DNA of 62,500 bases, counting the filler, from Malassezia furfur (Eukaryota), in the NCBI GenBank assembly GCA_052055015.1. It is 4 parts of 4 records of this genome, joined end to end, with 100 filler letters (N's around TTAATTAATTAA, not from the genome) between each part and the next. Parts side by side here need not be neighbours in the genome. Positions count along the whole stretch, not along the records: positions 15,675 to 31,239 come from JBQJIT010000268.1; positions 31,340 to 46,879 come from JBQJIT010000269.1; 2 more parts are not named here. One strand, 5' to 3'. Position 1 is the stretch's first letter, and every line of letters starts with the position of its first letter. The position numbers and the translations under genes were made by a program. Under the pieces are notes generated by a model that had not been told where the DNA came from, searched no databases, and worked only from the letters and a program-made list of their open reading frames with translations. Below, one piece after another: positions 31,107-43,332 of this stretch.

Positions 31107-31239
31107 TCGAAGGCACCTGCCAACCCGTGCGGCGCCGCCGCCCTGAAAAAAAGTGCGCTCGGCCGACGTCTTCCTTCATGCTCGTGCGGCTGCCGCGGGC
31201 GCCATGGCGCGGCGGGCAGCGCAGCCGCGGCGCCGTGGG

Positions 31240-31339
31240 NNNNNNNNNNNNNNNNNNNNNNNNNNNNNNNNNNNNNNNNNNNNTTAATTAATTAANNNNN
31301 NNNNNNNNNNNNNNNNNNNNNNNNNNNNNNNNNNNNNNN
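31240..31339. other. Artificial contig linker
   Basis: N44-TTAATTAATTAA-N44. Confidence 0.98.
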
Positions 31340-31452
31340 CATGTCCACCTCCGTGCTCACGTCCGCCATCGTGCGTGGTCGGCCAGAAAAAAGTTGAAGA
31401 TCACGTGCCGCAACTCTAGCGTCCAACCTTGTTGCGAGAGCGCCGAGGCGCG

Positions 31453-33332
31453 ATGTCGGTGATGACGCGTGTAGTGCGCTTGGTACAAGGTGTCGGGCGG
31501 ATTTTGTCGTTGCTACAGCTGCTTTTTTTTCTGCCGCTCGCGCTGGAGCATAACCGGGAGACGTTCTTGGCGTTCTCTGCATCGCTTGCCGCGTTCTATT
31601 TCCTGCTCTCGACGCTGCGGTGGATCACGCAGGGATCCAAAATGGTGTACGTGGTGAAGGCCATCTCGATGACGCAAAACATTGTCATCCCGATGCTTCT
31701 CTTCTCGTGTGCGCGGATCTACTCGCCGCTACCCTCGCAGAATGCGCTTATCGAGGCGCTGCGCAAGAGCGGCAAGCATGCGTCGCCTTGGCTGCAGCAG
31801 CCCGCGTCGCTCGCCAAGGCGTTTGCCTCGAGCGAGGTGCACGCCTTTCTGTTATCCGTGCTGCCCTCCTCGTACGTGGACGGTGAAGAGGGTATCGTGT
31901 ACCCCACCTGGCTGGGGCAGTCGCTCGTCTTCATCGTCGGCGCTGGGCAGTACCTCTTGTCGCAGGTGCCCGAGTGGTGGTACTCTTTGCTGCTGTACCT
32001 GTCGCCGATGTTTTCGCTGCTCGAAGGACTCTCGAGTCTGCTTGTGATCCAGTCGTTTGCGCACCTCTCGCGCTGGCTCATCAACGATTCGGACCGCACC
32101 AAGCGCGGTAAGTGGCAGGGCAGTGCGTTTATGCGCAAGCTCCTCTCGTTCGGCCTTGAACCATCTGAAGTGTGGCAGCTGCTCTTTCTGCTGTGGTCAG
32201 CCGTGGTGTATGTGTTGTCGGCCGTGGCGCTCTACATGTGTTTTGACGGTGCAACCGACGGCCGCTCGATGGCCGCGGCGGCGATCGGCGCCAGTTTGGC
32301 GTCAACCGTATGGATTTCGGCGATTGCCTTTGCCATTCGCAAAGCGAACGTCGTCGAGACGAGCCTGATGGTACGTGGCACCACTGACCCCAGTTTGCCT
32401 ATGTCGTGTTTAATATTTATCAGCTCAGCACCTCGCTCAAACTCGGCACCGATCCCCTGCAGATGGTGCGCAACTTTAAGGCATCGCGCATCCCCAAGCA
32501 GGTCCCGCTGTTCATCGCACAGTCGACCAGCGCGGTGCTCGATCGGCTCGTGGACGCAGTGGAGCACAGTATGTACGTGCTGTCGGCGGCGAACGAGGTG
32601 CTTCCGACGACGATCATCGTCAGCCTGGTGTACCGCCTAATGGTGCTTTATTCGGCCATTCGTGTGCTGCCGCGTTTGAATGCGCACAGCGCCTACGATC
32701 CGCACACGGACATGCTGCGCCAGCAGCGGAACCAGGCGTGGAGCGAGCGCAAATTGAGCGAGGCCCAGGCGAGTGCCACACCGCAGACCGACGTTCGCAG
32801 CGCCGATGTGCACGCTGTGACCGGACGGTCCAACGACAAGTTGTCAACCGCAACATCGCCTTCCGCGCCGCAAAGCACCGATGCCCCGGCGCCCACATCG
32901 GCCAATGTTGAGACGTCGGACAAGCCGGCGGCCGACGCCAGTGCAGACACCAGCACGGGAAAGCTCGAGTCGTTGCTTATGAGCGCCAAGGAGCCCGGTA
33001 GTGAGACGGAGCAGGATGTCGCGGAGTACATGCAGCAGGCTAAGCCGACGCGTGTGGATGCCGTGGAGAAGGCCGTGGAGCACGCGCTGGAGCGTGCTGA
33101 GAAAGCTGTCCAGACGAAGCTCGAGGGAGAGCCGCGCGGCTCGGCGGTGCTCAAGGTGCTGGTGACCTACTCCCGGTTCCTTCTGATTGCGGTGTACAGC
33201 CACCTGCTGCTCCTCGACCAGAACCATCAGATTTACTGGCGCCTGATGACCGTCTTCTTCACGCTGGGTCTTTGGAGTGTTGAGCTGTTACTCAGCAACG
33301 AGGACTCGTATCTTGTATCGATGTACGAGTAG
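31453..33332 (+). CDS. ICE2: ER membrane protein Ice2; intron 32371-32393
   Basis: FLAFSASL, SPMFSLLEG-SSLLVIQ, VVETSLM|FAYVVFNIY, IAVYSHLL. Confidence 0.8.
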
Positions 33333-33420
33333 GCTGTATCATAGTCATACCATTCCCTCCACAGAGAGCGGGCGGACGAAGGGCTGTGGTGGCATTCGGG
33401 TATCTCGCTAGCGTGGACAA

Positions 33421-34208
33421 CTACGGCGCAGACGTTGAGGTAGCAAAGCGCATGGCATGGGTGTGGATGGTGTCAAAGAGGGTACGCATGCCGTCACTGG
33501 GTAAGTGCGCGGTGCCGACATACCTGGACGCGGCGCTGACGCCGACGACGTCCCAATCCGGCTTGAGTGTCGCAGCCGAAGTGTCCTCCTCGACGAACAG
33601 CGCCCAGCGCTTGAGGAGGGTGGTGTAGATGTGCTCCTGCACGCTTGCGCCCGAAACGTGTTCGATCCCGTCGGTACGCATGTTGGGTTCGAGCCGATCG
33701 AGCTGCGCTGCAACGACAAGAATCGGCAGGTTGCGCGCGGCCGCATCCTGCACAAGGTGGAAGAGGGCAGCACACACCGCGTCGCGATATGCACCCTCGG
33801 CATCGATGGGGTTTTGCGCCCAGCGCGGCGCGTCGATCACCCAAACGAGCGCGTGGGTGTCCGGGAGGTACTCGTCCCACAATGAGCGCATCGAGGGAGC
33901 GCCGCCCAGGTCCCAAAAGTGCACAATGCTGCGCTTGTATGGCACGTTGAGCACTGGGTGAGTGGTACTGGGCAGGGTACGCACCATTCTGCCCCACGGT
34001 CGGTGCGATGCGCGCAGATGGCCCTGGACCGTCGCAGTAGATTTCGCGAAACTATGTGAGCGAAATGTTGGCATACCTTTTCCAAGATCCACGTTTTTCC
34101 TGCGCCCTTCAGTCCGACAAGCAGTACATGGTATGTCGGCTTCTTGGTGATTTCCGCTGGGTGAGCCCGTGCGCACGCACCATACAGGCCGGCCAGCAGA
34201 TGGTACAT
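33421..34208 (-). CDS. Arl3/ARFRP1-like small GTPase (multi-intron, degenerate G3/G4)
   Basis: Spliced MYHLLAGLY, LLVGLKGAGKT, PTVGQN, FWDLGGA, SAA. Confidence 0.72.
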
Positions 34209-34345
34209 GGCACACGCGAACTTTTCTCACGTGATGCGATGCCAATATCTCCGCCGTGATTGGGCGGAAGAAAACGGGCGGGTGCAAAGCGCGTGCGGTG
34301 AGGCAAACGCCGGCCCTCTCAACCCACGAGTGTGGTGCTTTGGGA

Positions 34346-36649
34346 ATGACGATGCTCTGCTCTCTGCGGGCTTCCGCGACGATGCCGCGTGCGCGGCTGT
34401 CTTCTGGACGTGCTGCGGCTGCCCTGAAGGCCGCCTCGATCTCTACGACTGCTGCTCGTCGCCAGGCATCGCCTGCGCCCGAGCCGCCCAAGATGGTCAA
34501 GCTGTCGATCAACGGCCAGGAGGTCGAGGTCGAGCAAGGCACCGCCATCATCCAGGCGTGTGAGAAGGTCGGTGTGCAGATCCCCCGTTTCTGCTACCAC
34601 GAGCGTGTACGTTGCCTTCCCCCCACTAACCGCTAGCTCAACGTCGCCGGCAACTGCCGCATGTGCCTGGTGGAAAGCAAGGGCGCCCCCAAGCCGCTCG
34701 CGTCGTGTGCCTTCCCCGCAATGCCCGGCCAACAGATCTTCACTGATACGCCGCTTGTTGCTAAGGCGCGCGAGGGTGTGATGGAGTTCTTGCTGCAGAA
34801 CCACCCGCTTGACTGCCCTATCTGCGACTGGGGTGGCGAGTGCGATCTGCAGGACCAGTCGATGCGCTACGGCGCGGACCGCTCGCGCTTCCACGAGGTT
34901 GCCGGGAAGCGTGCGGTGGAAGACAAGTACTTTGGCCCGCTCGTTAAGACGGTCATGACGCGTTGCATCCAGTGCACGCGCTGCGTCCGCTACGCCAACG
35001 AAGTCGCCGGTGTGCAGGACCTCGGCACGACCGGCCGTGGCAACCAGTTGCAGATCGGCATGTACGTCGAAAAGATGCTCGACTCGGAGATGTCGGGCAA
35101 CATTGTCGACCTCTGCCCTGTCGGTGCGCTGACGTCGCGCCCCCAGGCGTTCCACGGCCGCCCGTGGGAGCTGCGCAAGTTTGAGTCGGTCGATGTGCTC
35201 GATGCGGTCGGCAGCAACATCCGCGTGGACTCGCGTGACCTGCAGGTGATGCGCGTGCTGCCGCGCACCGACGACGACGTGAACGAGGAGTGGATCAACG
35301 ACAAGACGCGCTACGCTGTCGACGGTCTCAAGTACCAGCGTCTCACCACCCCGCTCATTCGCCAGGGTGACCGCTTTGTGCCCGCTTCGTGGCCCGAGGC
35401 GATGCGCACCATTGCTGAGGGTCTCGCGCAGAGTGGCGCGCAGGGCGACGAGATCCAGGGTGTTGCCGGCGCGCTTGCTGATGCCGAGTCGCTTGTGGCG
35501 CTGAAGGACCTGGTCAACCGCCTCGGCTCGGACAACCTCGTGACCGACGAGCCGCTCGGCAATGAGGCGCCCGTGAACGGCGTCGACTTCCGTTCGAACT
35601 ACACGTTCAACTCGGAGATCCGTGGCCTGGACGAGGCTGACTACGTGATTCTGATCGGCACCAACCCCCGGCACGAGGCCACGATTATCAACGCGCGCAT
35701 CCGCAAGAACTACCTTCGCCGCTTCCAGGACATTGCCCTGATTGGCGAGCCCGTGGACCTCACGTACGAGTACGAGCACCTCGGCACCGACCTCAAGGCC
35801 GTCGAGGAGCTCGCGGCGGGCCGCGGCAAGGGCGCTGAGCGCCTCAAGTCGGCGCAGAAGCCGCTCGTGATTGTGGGCAGCGGCGTGGCAGACCACCCCG
35901 ACGGTGCGGCGGTGCTCAAGAACGTCGCGAAGCTGATCGAGTCGAACAAGGCCAAGTTCCTTACGCCGGAGTGGAACGGCTTCAACTTTTTGCAGCGTGC
36001 GGCGTCGCGCGTCGCGTCGCGCGACATGGGCTACACGGGCCGCACCGACATTACGGCCACGCCCAAGTTTGTCTACCTGCTGAATGCCGACGACATCACG
36101 GCGCAGCGCATTCCGCAGGACGCGTTTGTGGTGTACCAGGGCCACCACGGCGATGTTGGCGCGCAATTCGCCGACGTGTGTCTGCCTGGCTTGGCCTACA
36201 CGGAAAAGAGCACGACCTACGTCAACACCGAGGGCCGGGCGCAGCTCACGCGCGCGGCGGTGAGCGGCGCCGGTGCGGCACGGGAGGACTGGAAGATCCT
36301 GCGTGCGCTCTCCGAAGTGATGGGTGTCACGCTGCCGTACGACGACGTGACGGCGGTGCGCCACCGCCTGTTTGATATCTCGCCGACGCTTGTGCGCTAC
36401 GACACCGTGGAGCGCACCTCGGACGCGGTGGCGGCCATGGGCCTGGCGCAGCTCGCGTCGGCGCCCTCGGCGCCCTCGCTGAACACACCGCTGCTGCGGC
36501 CTATCGAGAACTTCTACCAGACCGACCCCATCTCGCGGGCGTCGCCGACGATGGCCAAGTGCGTGCAGGCGTTCGTGTACAAGATCCCCTCGCGCTACGA
36601 GCAGCTCGCCGATGCGATTGGTCCGGACGCCGTTGCGGCGCACCCGTAG
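34346..36649 (+). CDS. NDUFS1: Complex I 75-kDa Fe-S subunit (NDUFS1/nuo-78); intron 34607-34636
   Basis: [56 protein letters not shown]. Confidence 0.95.
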
Positions 36650-36781
36650 ACGCCCACGTGGCTTATGCAGGTATTTTTGATCTCCACCCGGTGCGTAGTC
36701 ACGGTAGCGTTTCGCCGCCGCCCACTCCCCCTAGAGTCGCTTGCCCTTGGCGCAAAGGGATGGGCAGCTGCGGTTATTGCA

Positions 36782-39457
36782 ATGGTCGGACACAGTACAA
36801 ATCCACCGCCTTCGGTGCGTATTCAGCGCTCGAGAGCAAATAGTGCGTCGAGCGTGCGCGCGCGCGCGCCGAGCTCCGGCGAAAAGGGCAAGCGTCCGGA
36901 GAGCTTCGGTCGGCCGCCGATCCGCGGCTCGGTATCGCAGCCCGACATGGGCCCTGTCAACTCGCCACTGCTCGCCAGCATGGATGATACGCTTGGCGAC
37001 GACGAGGTCGGCGGGAAACCGGCGCGCAGTCTGCGTGCGCGTCTCATGCCCTGGTCCAAGATGGCGCAGCCGGACGAAGAATACAACATGACGTCGCAGA
37101 CGCCGCGCTCTGAGGTGTATGTGCCGCTTTCCAAGGATGCACCCCGTGGAATCTTGTATCCGCCCGCGGCACCCTCTGCCGAACCCATGGCCGCTAGCGA
37201 GAGCCAGCAGTCGTCTGCCTCGGCGCCGGCCACGGCAGCACAACCCAAGCCGCACCTAACCATCGCTGAGCCCGTGTCGGTGCGTGCGCCGGCGCTGGGT
37301 GACGATGAAGACACATCAGGAGACGTGTCCGGCACACGTCCCCGCCTTGGGTCGCTGGCATCAGTGATGAATGCCGCGGCAGCGTCGATGAATCCCCTGC
37401 CGATGATGTCGTCGATGTGGTCCAGCACCAAGAACGACGACACGCGCTCGATGCATACCGCATCGGATGGGGGCGACGCCGAACACGATGGCGCACGGCG
37501 CAGTGATGAGACCAACACGGGTCGCCGGCGGTCAGCGACGGCACCATCGACGTGGTGGCGGTCGGGCGATCGCAGCGACGGCGAGGCATCTGACGCAGGC
37601 GACGGAGGACAGCCTGCGCAGCAGTTGCACTCGGACCAGATGGTCGACTATCTCGATGTGATCGACCCTGCAGTCGGTGTGTTCAACACGCTGCAGAACT
37701 TTGGCAACAGCACCATGTTGCCCAACATCCCATGGTTCTACAACCGGCGTCCAACGCTGCATATCAACCGTGTCGTCGGCAACGAGACGCAGCCGCCGAG
37801 CCCCACGTCGCCGAGCCCCACGTCGCCCACGCCGCTCTCGCCGACTTATATGGGTCTGGGCGACATTCGCCCGCCGTGGGAACGCGAGGAGCTCGTCGAG
37901 GAACAGCAGCTCGAGCGCGAAGCCGAGCGCCTTGGGCGTGCTGAGCTTGCGCACGAGGATCGCGATGCCGCGACGCCGCTGCCGCCCTTGGCGGCACGAC
38001 GGCACAGCCGCCCTCTGCCGCGGCCGCCCGTGGTGGTGGCAGAGCCGACGACCACCCTACCAACAGGCACGTCGCAACTGGCGCCCGAGGCTGGCTGGTC
38101 GTCGCCCGAGGACTCGCTGCGCCGGCCGAGCACGTCGCAGTCGCGCATTCCGCCATCGTACCCGGACATTGGCACATTGCCCATGCACGTCGCCAGCTCG
38201 GACGGCTCATCGCCGATGCAAAAGCCGCTCGTGGGCGACGACTCGCTGAATACCCTGCCGGATTTGGACGGCGCTGTACACACGGACAAGTGGTGGGAGA
38301 TGGACGAGGAAGAGCGCAAGGAGCTGGACAACCACATTCGACACCTGCTGACAAACAAGAGCAAGGCGAAGCGTGTCCTGCGCGGGTTCTGGAACTTTGT
38401 GCGCACGCCAATGGGCTTCATCCTAACGACCTATGGCCTGCTCATCACGGCGTGGGGCATGTTTATTGTGCTATTGGCCATTCCCTGGGTGCACGTCGGC
38501 GACGCGCACCGCCAGCGGTACTGGATCGAAATCTGCGACCAGGTGCTCTGTGCGCTGTTCGCTGCAGTCGGCCTGGGCTTTGCGCCCTTCCGTGCGGTGG
38601 ATACGTACCGCATGGGGTACATTGCGCATTATCACTTTCTCACGTACAAGCGCCGGCGCCTGCTCAACCTCCCCGAGCTCAAGAACAAGAACGAGCTGCC
38701 GCGCTACTCCAAGGGGCGTGTCGAGCGCCTGCTTAAGTCCAAGGACGGCACCGAAGCCGCGCCCGAAGAGTCCGGCGAGAATCCCAAAGAGCTTACCGAC
38801 CCTGCAATGAGCCTCGAGGCGATCGGCGTAAAACACGCACGCGGCGGACACGCCGAAGAGGTGTACGCAGTCGAGAAACTCTTTGGGCCTTTCCCGGGGC
38901 AGCCGGGCGCGCGGCACAAAAATCCGGACGAGCTGCAAAAACAACGGCTGAAACGCGTGCCTTCGATTGACTCAATGATCGATAAGGAGAGCCAGGAGGT
39001 ATCGGTACTCAGCCCGACGGAGCAAGCGACGTTGCAGCACCAGCAGCGCCTCTTCCATGCCTCCCACACGTTTTACCGCTATCGTGAAACGGCGACGCAC
39101 TGGCCCTTCCCGCTTCGGTTAATGATGGCTATTGTCATCCTACTCGACTGCCACTCGATCCTGCAAGGTACACTCGGCGGCGTGACGTGGGGTATCGAAT
39201 ACAAACACCGTCCCACCGCGCTCACTGCCACAATCATTTCCTTTTCGCTCTCGTGCAACGCTATGGCCGGTATTCTGATCTGGCAGGGCGGCAAGCGCAC
39301 TCGCAAAACAGAGGTCGTCGAGCGTCGCCTCAAGCTTGCCCTCGAGGAGCGCGCCATTGAACGCATGGAACGCAAGAAACGCAAGGCCGCCAAACTCGCC
39401 GGCGTCCAACAGGGCAAACAGGCGATGACCTTTCCTTCGCGGCACAGCAGTGTGTAA
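36782..39457 (+). CDS. DUF2985-like fungal integral membrane protein
   Basis: VDYLDVIDP, TPMGF...TYGLLITAWG, WIEICDQVLCALF, GLGFAPFR. Confidence 0.7.
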   Translation: MVGHSTNPPPSVRIQRSRANSASSVRARAPSSGEKGKRPESFGRPPIRGSVSQPDMGPVNSPLLASMDDTLGDDEVGGKPARSLRARLMPWSKMAQPDEEYNMTSQTPRSEVYVPLSKDAPRGILYPPAAPSAEPMAASESQQSSASAPATAAQPKPHLTIAEPVSVRAPALGDDEDTSGDVSGTRPRLGSLASVMNAAAASMNPLPMMSSMWSSTKNDDTRSMHTASDGGDAEHDGARRSDETNTGRRRSATAPSTWWRSGDRSDGEASDAGDGGQPAQQLHSDQMVDYLDVIDPAVGVFNTLQNFGNSTMLPNIPWFYNRRPTLHINRVVGNETQPPSPTSPSPTSPTPLSPTYMGLGDIRPPWEREELVEEQQLEREAERLGRAELAHEDRDAATPLPPLAARRHSRPLPRPPVVVAEPTTTLPTGTSQLAPEAGWSSPEDSLRRPSTSQSRIPPSYPDIGTLPMHVASSDGSSPMQKPLVGDDSLNTLPDLDGAVHTDKWWEMDEEERKELDNHIRHLLTNKSKAKRVLRGFWNFVRTPMGFILTTYGLLITAWGMFIVLLAIPWVHVGDAHRQRYWIEICDQVLCALFAAVGLGFAPFRAVDTYRMGYIAHYHFLTYKRRRLLNLPELKNKNELPRYSKGRVERLLKSKDGTEAAPEESGENPKELTDPAMSLEAIGVKHARGGHAEEVYAVEKLFGPFPGQPGARHKNPDELQKQRLKRVPSIDSMIDKESQEVSVLSPTEQATLQHQQRLFHASHTFYRYRETATHWPFPLRLMMAIVILLDCHSILQGTLGGVTWGIEYKHRPTALTATIISFSLSCNAMAGILIWQGGKRTRKTEVVERRLKLALEERAIERMERKKRKAAKLAGVQQGKQAMTFPSRHSSV

Positions 39458-39484
39458 CATAGTAGAAATAGGCCAGTTTCGCGG

Positions 39485-41388
39485 ATGGCCGCTGCCTCCA
39501 CCTTGCCGTGCATGTCGGACGACCAGGCGCACCGTGCGAGCGACTCCCGCGCGGGCACACCGGTCGAGCTCCTGCGGAGCGCAGCTGCGCTTATGGACGG
39601 CACAGATCCACGCACAGCTCGCGGCATCAACGCTGGGCATGCCATGCCTAGTACATCCCAGCCGCGCCGCTCGTTTAGCAAAACGTACGTGGACCGAGTC
39701 GGTTTGCTCACCCAGCACGGTGATGGCTGAGGCAGGGCGCCAGCCCTGGTACGACCAGGACGGACACCCGATCTCCCCTTACATTGTCGGTGTCGCGGGC
39801 GGCAGTGCAAGCGGCAAGACGTCTATCGCGAAAGAGATTTTGCGGCACCTGACCAACGTGCCCTGGGTCGCGATCGTGTCACAGGACGCCTTCTATCGCC
39901 CGCTGAACTCCACTGAGACCAAGCTCGCTTTTGAGCAAAACTTTGACTTTGATCACCCCAATGCCATTGACCAGGAACTGCTCGTGCAATGCATCCGCGA
40001 CCTGAAGGAGTCGCGTGCCGTTCACATCCCCGTGTACAGTTTCACCCAGCACCAGCGCACGGACGAGACGACCTATCTTTACGGACACGCGGTGATCGTC
40101 GTTGAGGGCCTCTTTGTGCTGCAGGACAAGGCACTTGTCGATCTGCTCGACCTTAAAATCTTTGTGCAGACCGACCCCGACGTGATGCTCGCACGGCGCA
40201 TCCGCCGTGACATAGTCGACCGCGGCCGCTCGATCGACGGCGTGCTCGACCAGTACTTCCGGTTTGTCAAGCCGTCGTTTGATACGTTTGGTACGTGCAC
40301 AGGCTGACCCAGTTGGGCCGACGGCACGCTACGCGGATATCATTGTGCCGGGCGCGAACAACGCGGTCGCGATCGACGTGATTGCACAGCATATTGCCAG
40401 GCAGCTCACGCGCAACTATGCCTGCCAAATGAACGAGTCCATACCCCGCGCTATGTCGGCGTCGCAGCCGCAAAACTTCCCTGCATCGCGCTTGGTCGTC
40501 GGGACCTCGGAGCAAGGCGCGCCGATGCACTCGATCGAGCGCGCCCCCTTTCACGATCCTATAACGCCTGCGCACATCGAGGCACCGATTGCGATGCGCG
40601 ACGCCGGGCACGTCGCGCCGTTACCGCCTAACGTGCTCGTGGTGCGCCAAACAGCGCAGCTGGTCGGCCTGCTTACGCTCCTGCACAACGCCGACACGCG
40701 CTCGGGCGAGTTTGCGTACGCGTGCAAGCGCATTGGCGCGCACGTCGTCGAGACTGCTATGTCACTTCTCCCGTACCGCTCGTGCGAGGTGCCATTGCAC
40801 ACCGGCGGCACCTACACGGGCGTGGAGTTGGACGCGCAGTACGTCTGCGGCGTATCCATCCTGCGCTCAGGCGCGATTCTCGAGGCGCCGCTCCGGCGCG
40901 CCCTGCCGGCGATCGCGCTTGGTTCTCTGCTTATCCAGAGCTCCGATACCAACTACCGCCCACTGCTCTATTCAGTGTCGCTGCCGTCGTTTGTGAAACA
41001 ACGGGACACGGCGCAGCATACCTACGTGTTCCTGACCGAGGCCCAGATCGGAACGGGCGCCGCCGCCTTTATGGCCGTGCGTGTGCTGCTCGACCACGGC
41101 GTTCCCGAACACCAAATCATTGTCCTGACGCTCCTGGCGTCGGCCAAGAGCGGCGTATGGGCACTGCAGCACGCCTTCCCCGGCGTGCGCATCGTCGCGG
41201 GCGGCGTGGATCCGGGCCTACAAAAGTTTGTGTGGTCCACGGCGCAGCGACGCGCGCACGCGCGCGCGCGCGCCGCAGTGTCGGCCGCGGACAGCGAGAG
41301 CGACACGGAGGAAACGGTTGCCAAGCGCGTCGTCTTTGCGATCACGCCGGGCTGCGGTCAAATGGGCGACCGATACTGGGGCACCTGA
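39485..41388 (+). CDS. URK1: Uridine kinase with C-terminal UPRT-like domain (start uncertain; introns 39685-39715 and ~40291-40312)
   Basis: GVAGGSASGKT, FDFDHPNAID, LARRIRRD, VSILRSG. Confidence 0.88.
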
Positions 41389-41623
41389 CCAATGGGCTTT
41401 CCCTGAGGTGCCAGTGTACGCCTCGTGATTGGCGCGTATCGGCCCACTGCCTGCGTGGGCCCAACGGGCGGAGTCGGCGTGCAGCGCCGCTCGCATCGAC
41501 CGTCGTCGACGGTGTGTGTGGGCAACTCGTTTGGTTGTCGATCGTAGAGAGCTGTTACGGTACGGCGCTGGTGTATAACGGGTGCACTTTTACCCACATC
41601 CGCACCACACAAGATCCGCCACC

Positions 41624-43089
41624 ATGTTTCGCTCATTCGGGAAGATGATGAGCGGCGTGTCGAAGCGGGGTAAAGGGCGCGGCAGCGACGAGCGGGGTGC
41701 TGAGGATGGTCTCGATGCGTCCAGCACGCGCTCGCGCGACTCCTTCTCCTCCGCACGGCAGACCGACACTTCGTCGGAAATGAACAATGCCGAGGTCATT
41801 CTTCCGCCGCCCAGTGGCTCGCCCAAACTGTCGCGCAGCGCCAGCAAAGGCCACGCACGCCCCGGTGGCCACACGACTGCCGATGCCAGTGACGTGCCGA
41901 GTCTCAAGCCCAGAGATGCACCGACTCGCAGTGAGGGTGCGCAACCCATGCTTGCCGTCCCGTCGGGATCGTCGAGCAAGGCGGCTGCGAACCACCCGGT
42001 ACGTTCGCCGGACCCCCGTGGCTCGGGCGGCGGCGGCAGCAGCGGCGGCGTCCCGGTCGGCAACGCATGGGGACCAACCTCGCCTCAGTCTAACTCGTAT
42101 ACGGGCGCGTCGCCCATGTCGACGAGCGTGCAGAGCGCCGATGGCGTCAAGACGTTTGACATTGACGACATGATCACCCGCCTGCTCGAGGCAGGCTACT
42201 CGAGCAAGATGCCCAAGCCCGCGCTCAAGATTCCAGAAATCATGGCCGTGTGCCAGGCGGCTCGCGAGGTCTTTTTAAGCCAGCCGACGCTGATCGAGTT
42301 GAGCCCACCCGTGAAGATTGTGGGCGACACGCACGGGCAGTACCAAGATGTGTTACGCCTGTTTGACATGTGTGGCTTTCCACCCGCCTCCAACTACCTG
42401 TTTCTGGGCGACTACGTGGATCGCGGCAAGCAGTCGCTCGAAACCATTTTGCTGTTGTTGTGCTACAAAATCAAGTACCCTGAAAACTTTTTCCTTCTGC
42501 GGGGCAACCACGAATGTGCCAATGTGACGCGCGTCTACGGCTTCTACGACGAATGTAAGCGGCGGCTCAATATCCGGATTTGGAAGACGTTCATTGACGT
42601 TTTCAACACACTGCCGATCGCGGCCATCGTCGCCTCCAAGATTTTCTGTGTACACGGCGGTTTGTCTCCGTCGCTATCCAACATGGATGATATCCGGCGG
42701 ATTGAGCGGCCTACGGGCGTGCCTGACTACGGGCTGCTCAACGACCTGCTCTGGAGTGACCCGAGCGACACCGCGCTCGACTGGGAGGATAACGAGCGTG
42801 GTGTAAGTTACTGCTTCGGCAAAGCCGTCATCCAGCAGTTCCTGGCCCAGTACGACTTTGACCTGATCTGCCGGGCCCATATGGTGGTGGAGGATGGGTA
42901 CGAGTTCTGGAACGAGCGGACACTGGTGACGGTGTTTAGTGCGCCCAACTACTGTGGCGAGTTTGACAATTTCGGCGCAGTGATGAGTGTGTCGGAAGAT
43001 TTGCTGTGTGCCTTCGAGCTACTCAAGCCGCTTGATGGCCCGGCGCTGAAAAAAGAGATGGCGAGGAACAAGCGCAAGAATCTGCAGCA

Positions 43090-43142
<53 letters not shown>

Positions 43143-43192
43143 TGACGCCTCAACAGCAGGTCCAGCAGTCACAGCAAACACCCCCGCCCTAG
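41624..43192 (+). CDS. PPZ1: PPZ-type Ser/Thr protein phosphatase
   Basis: [28 protein letters not shown]; long Ser-rich N-terminus; FELLKPLD. Confidence 0.85.
43085..43141 (+). repeat. (CAG)5(CAA)5(CAG)9 microsatellite encoding Q19
   Basis: Read directly from the sequence. Confidence 0.95.
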
Positions 43193-43332
43193 ATGTTGAC
43201 CAAAATGGGCCGAGTGTTCGGCGAAGATCGACGTTGTATAGATTCTTCCTAGCATACGAATTTACGACCGATGCGCACGACCGATACGGCGTCTTAGCTA
43301 AGCATCGAATGCACACGGACCAACCGTGCACC

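Noticed and set aside
16086..36643. Very long antisense or overlapping ORFs (e.g. 16086-18446, 29583-31295, 34319-36643)
   Set aside because: Shadow frames from high GC3 codon bias opposite conserved genes; 16086-18446 is RPN7 exon 2 plus antisense read-through
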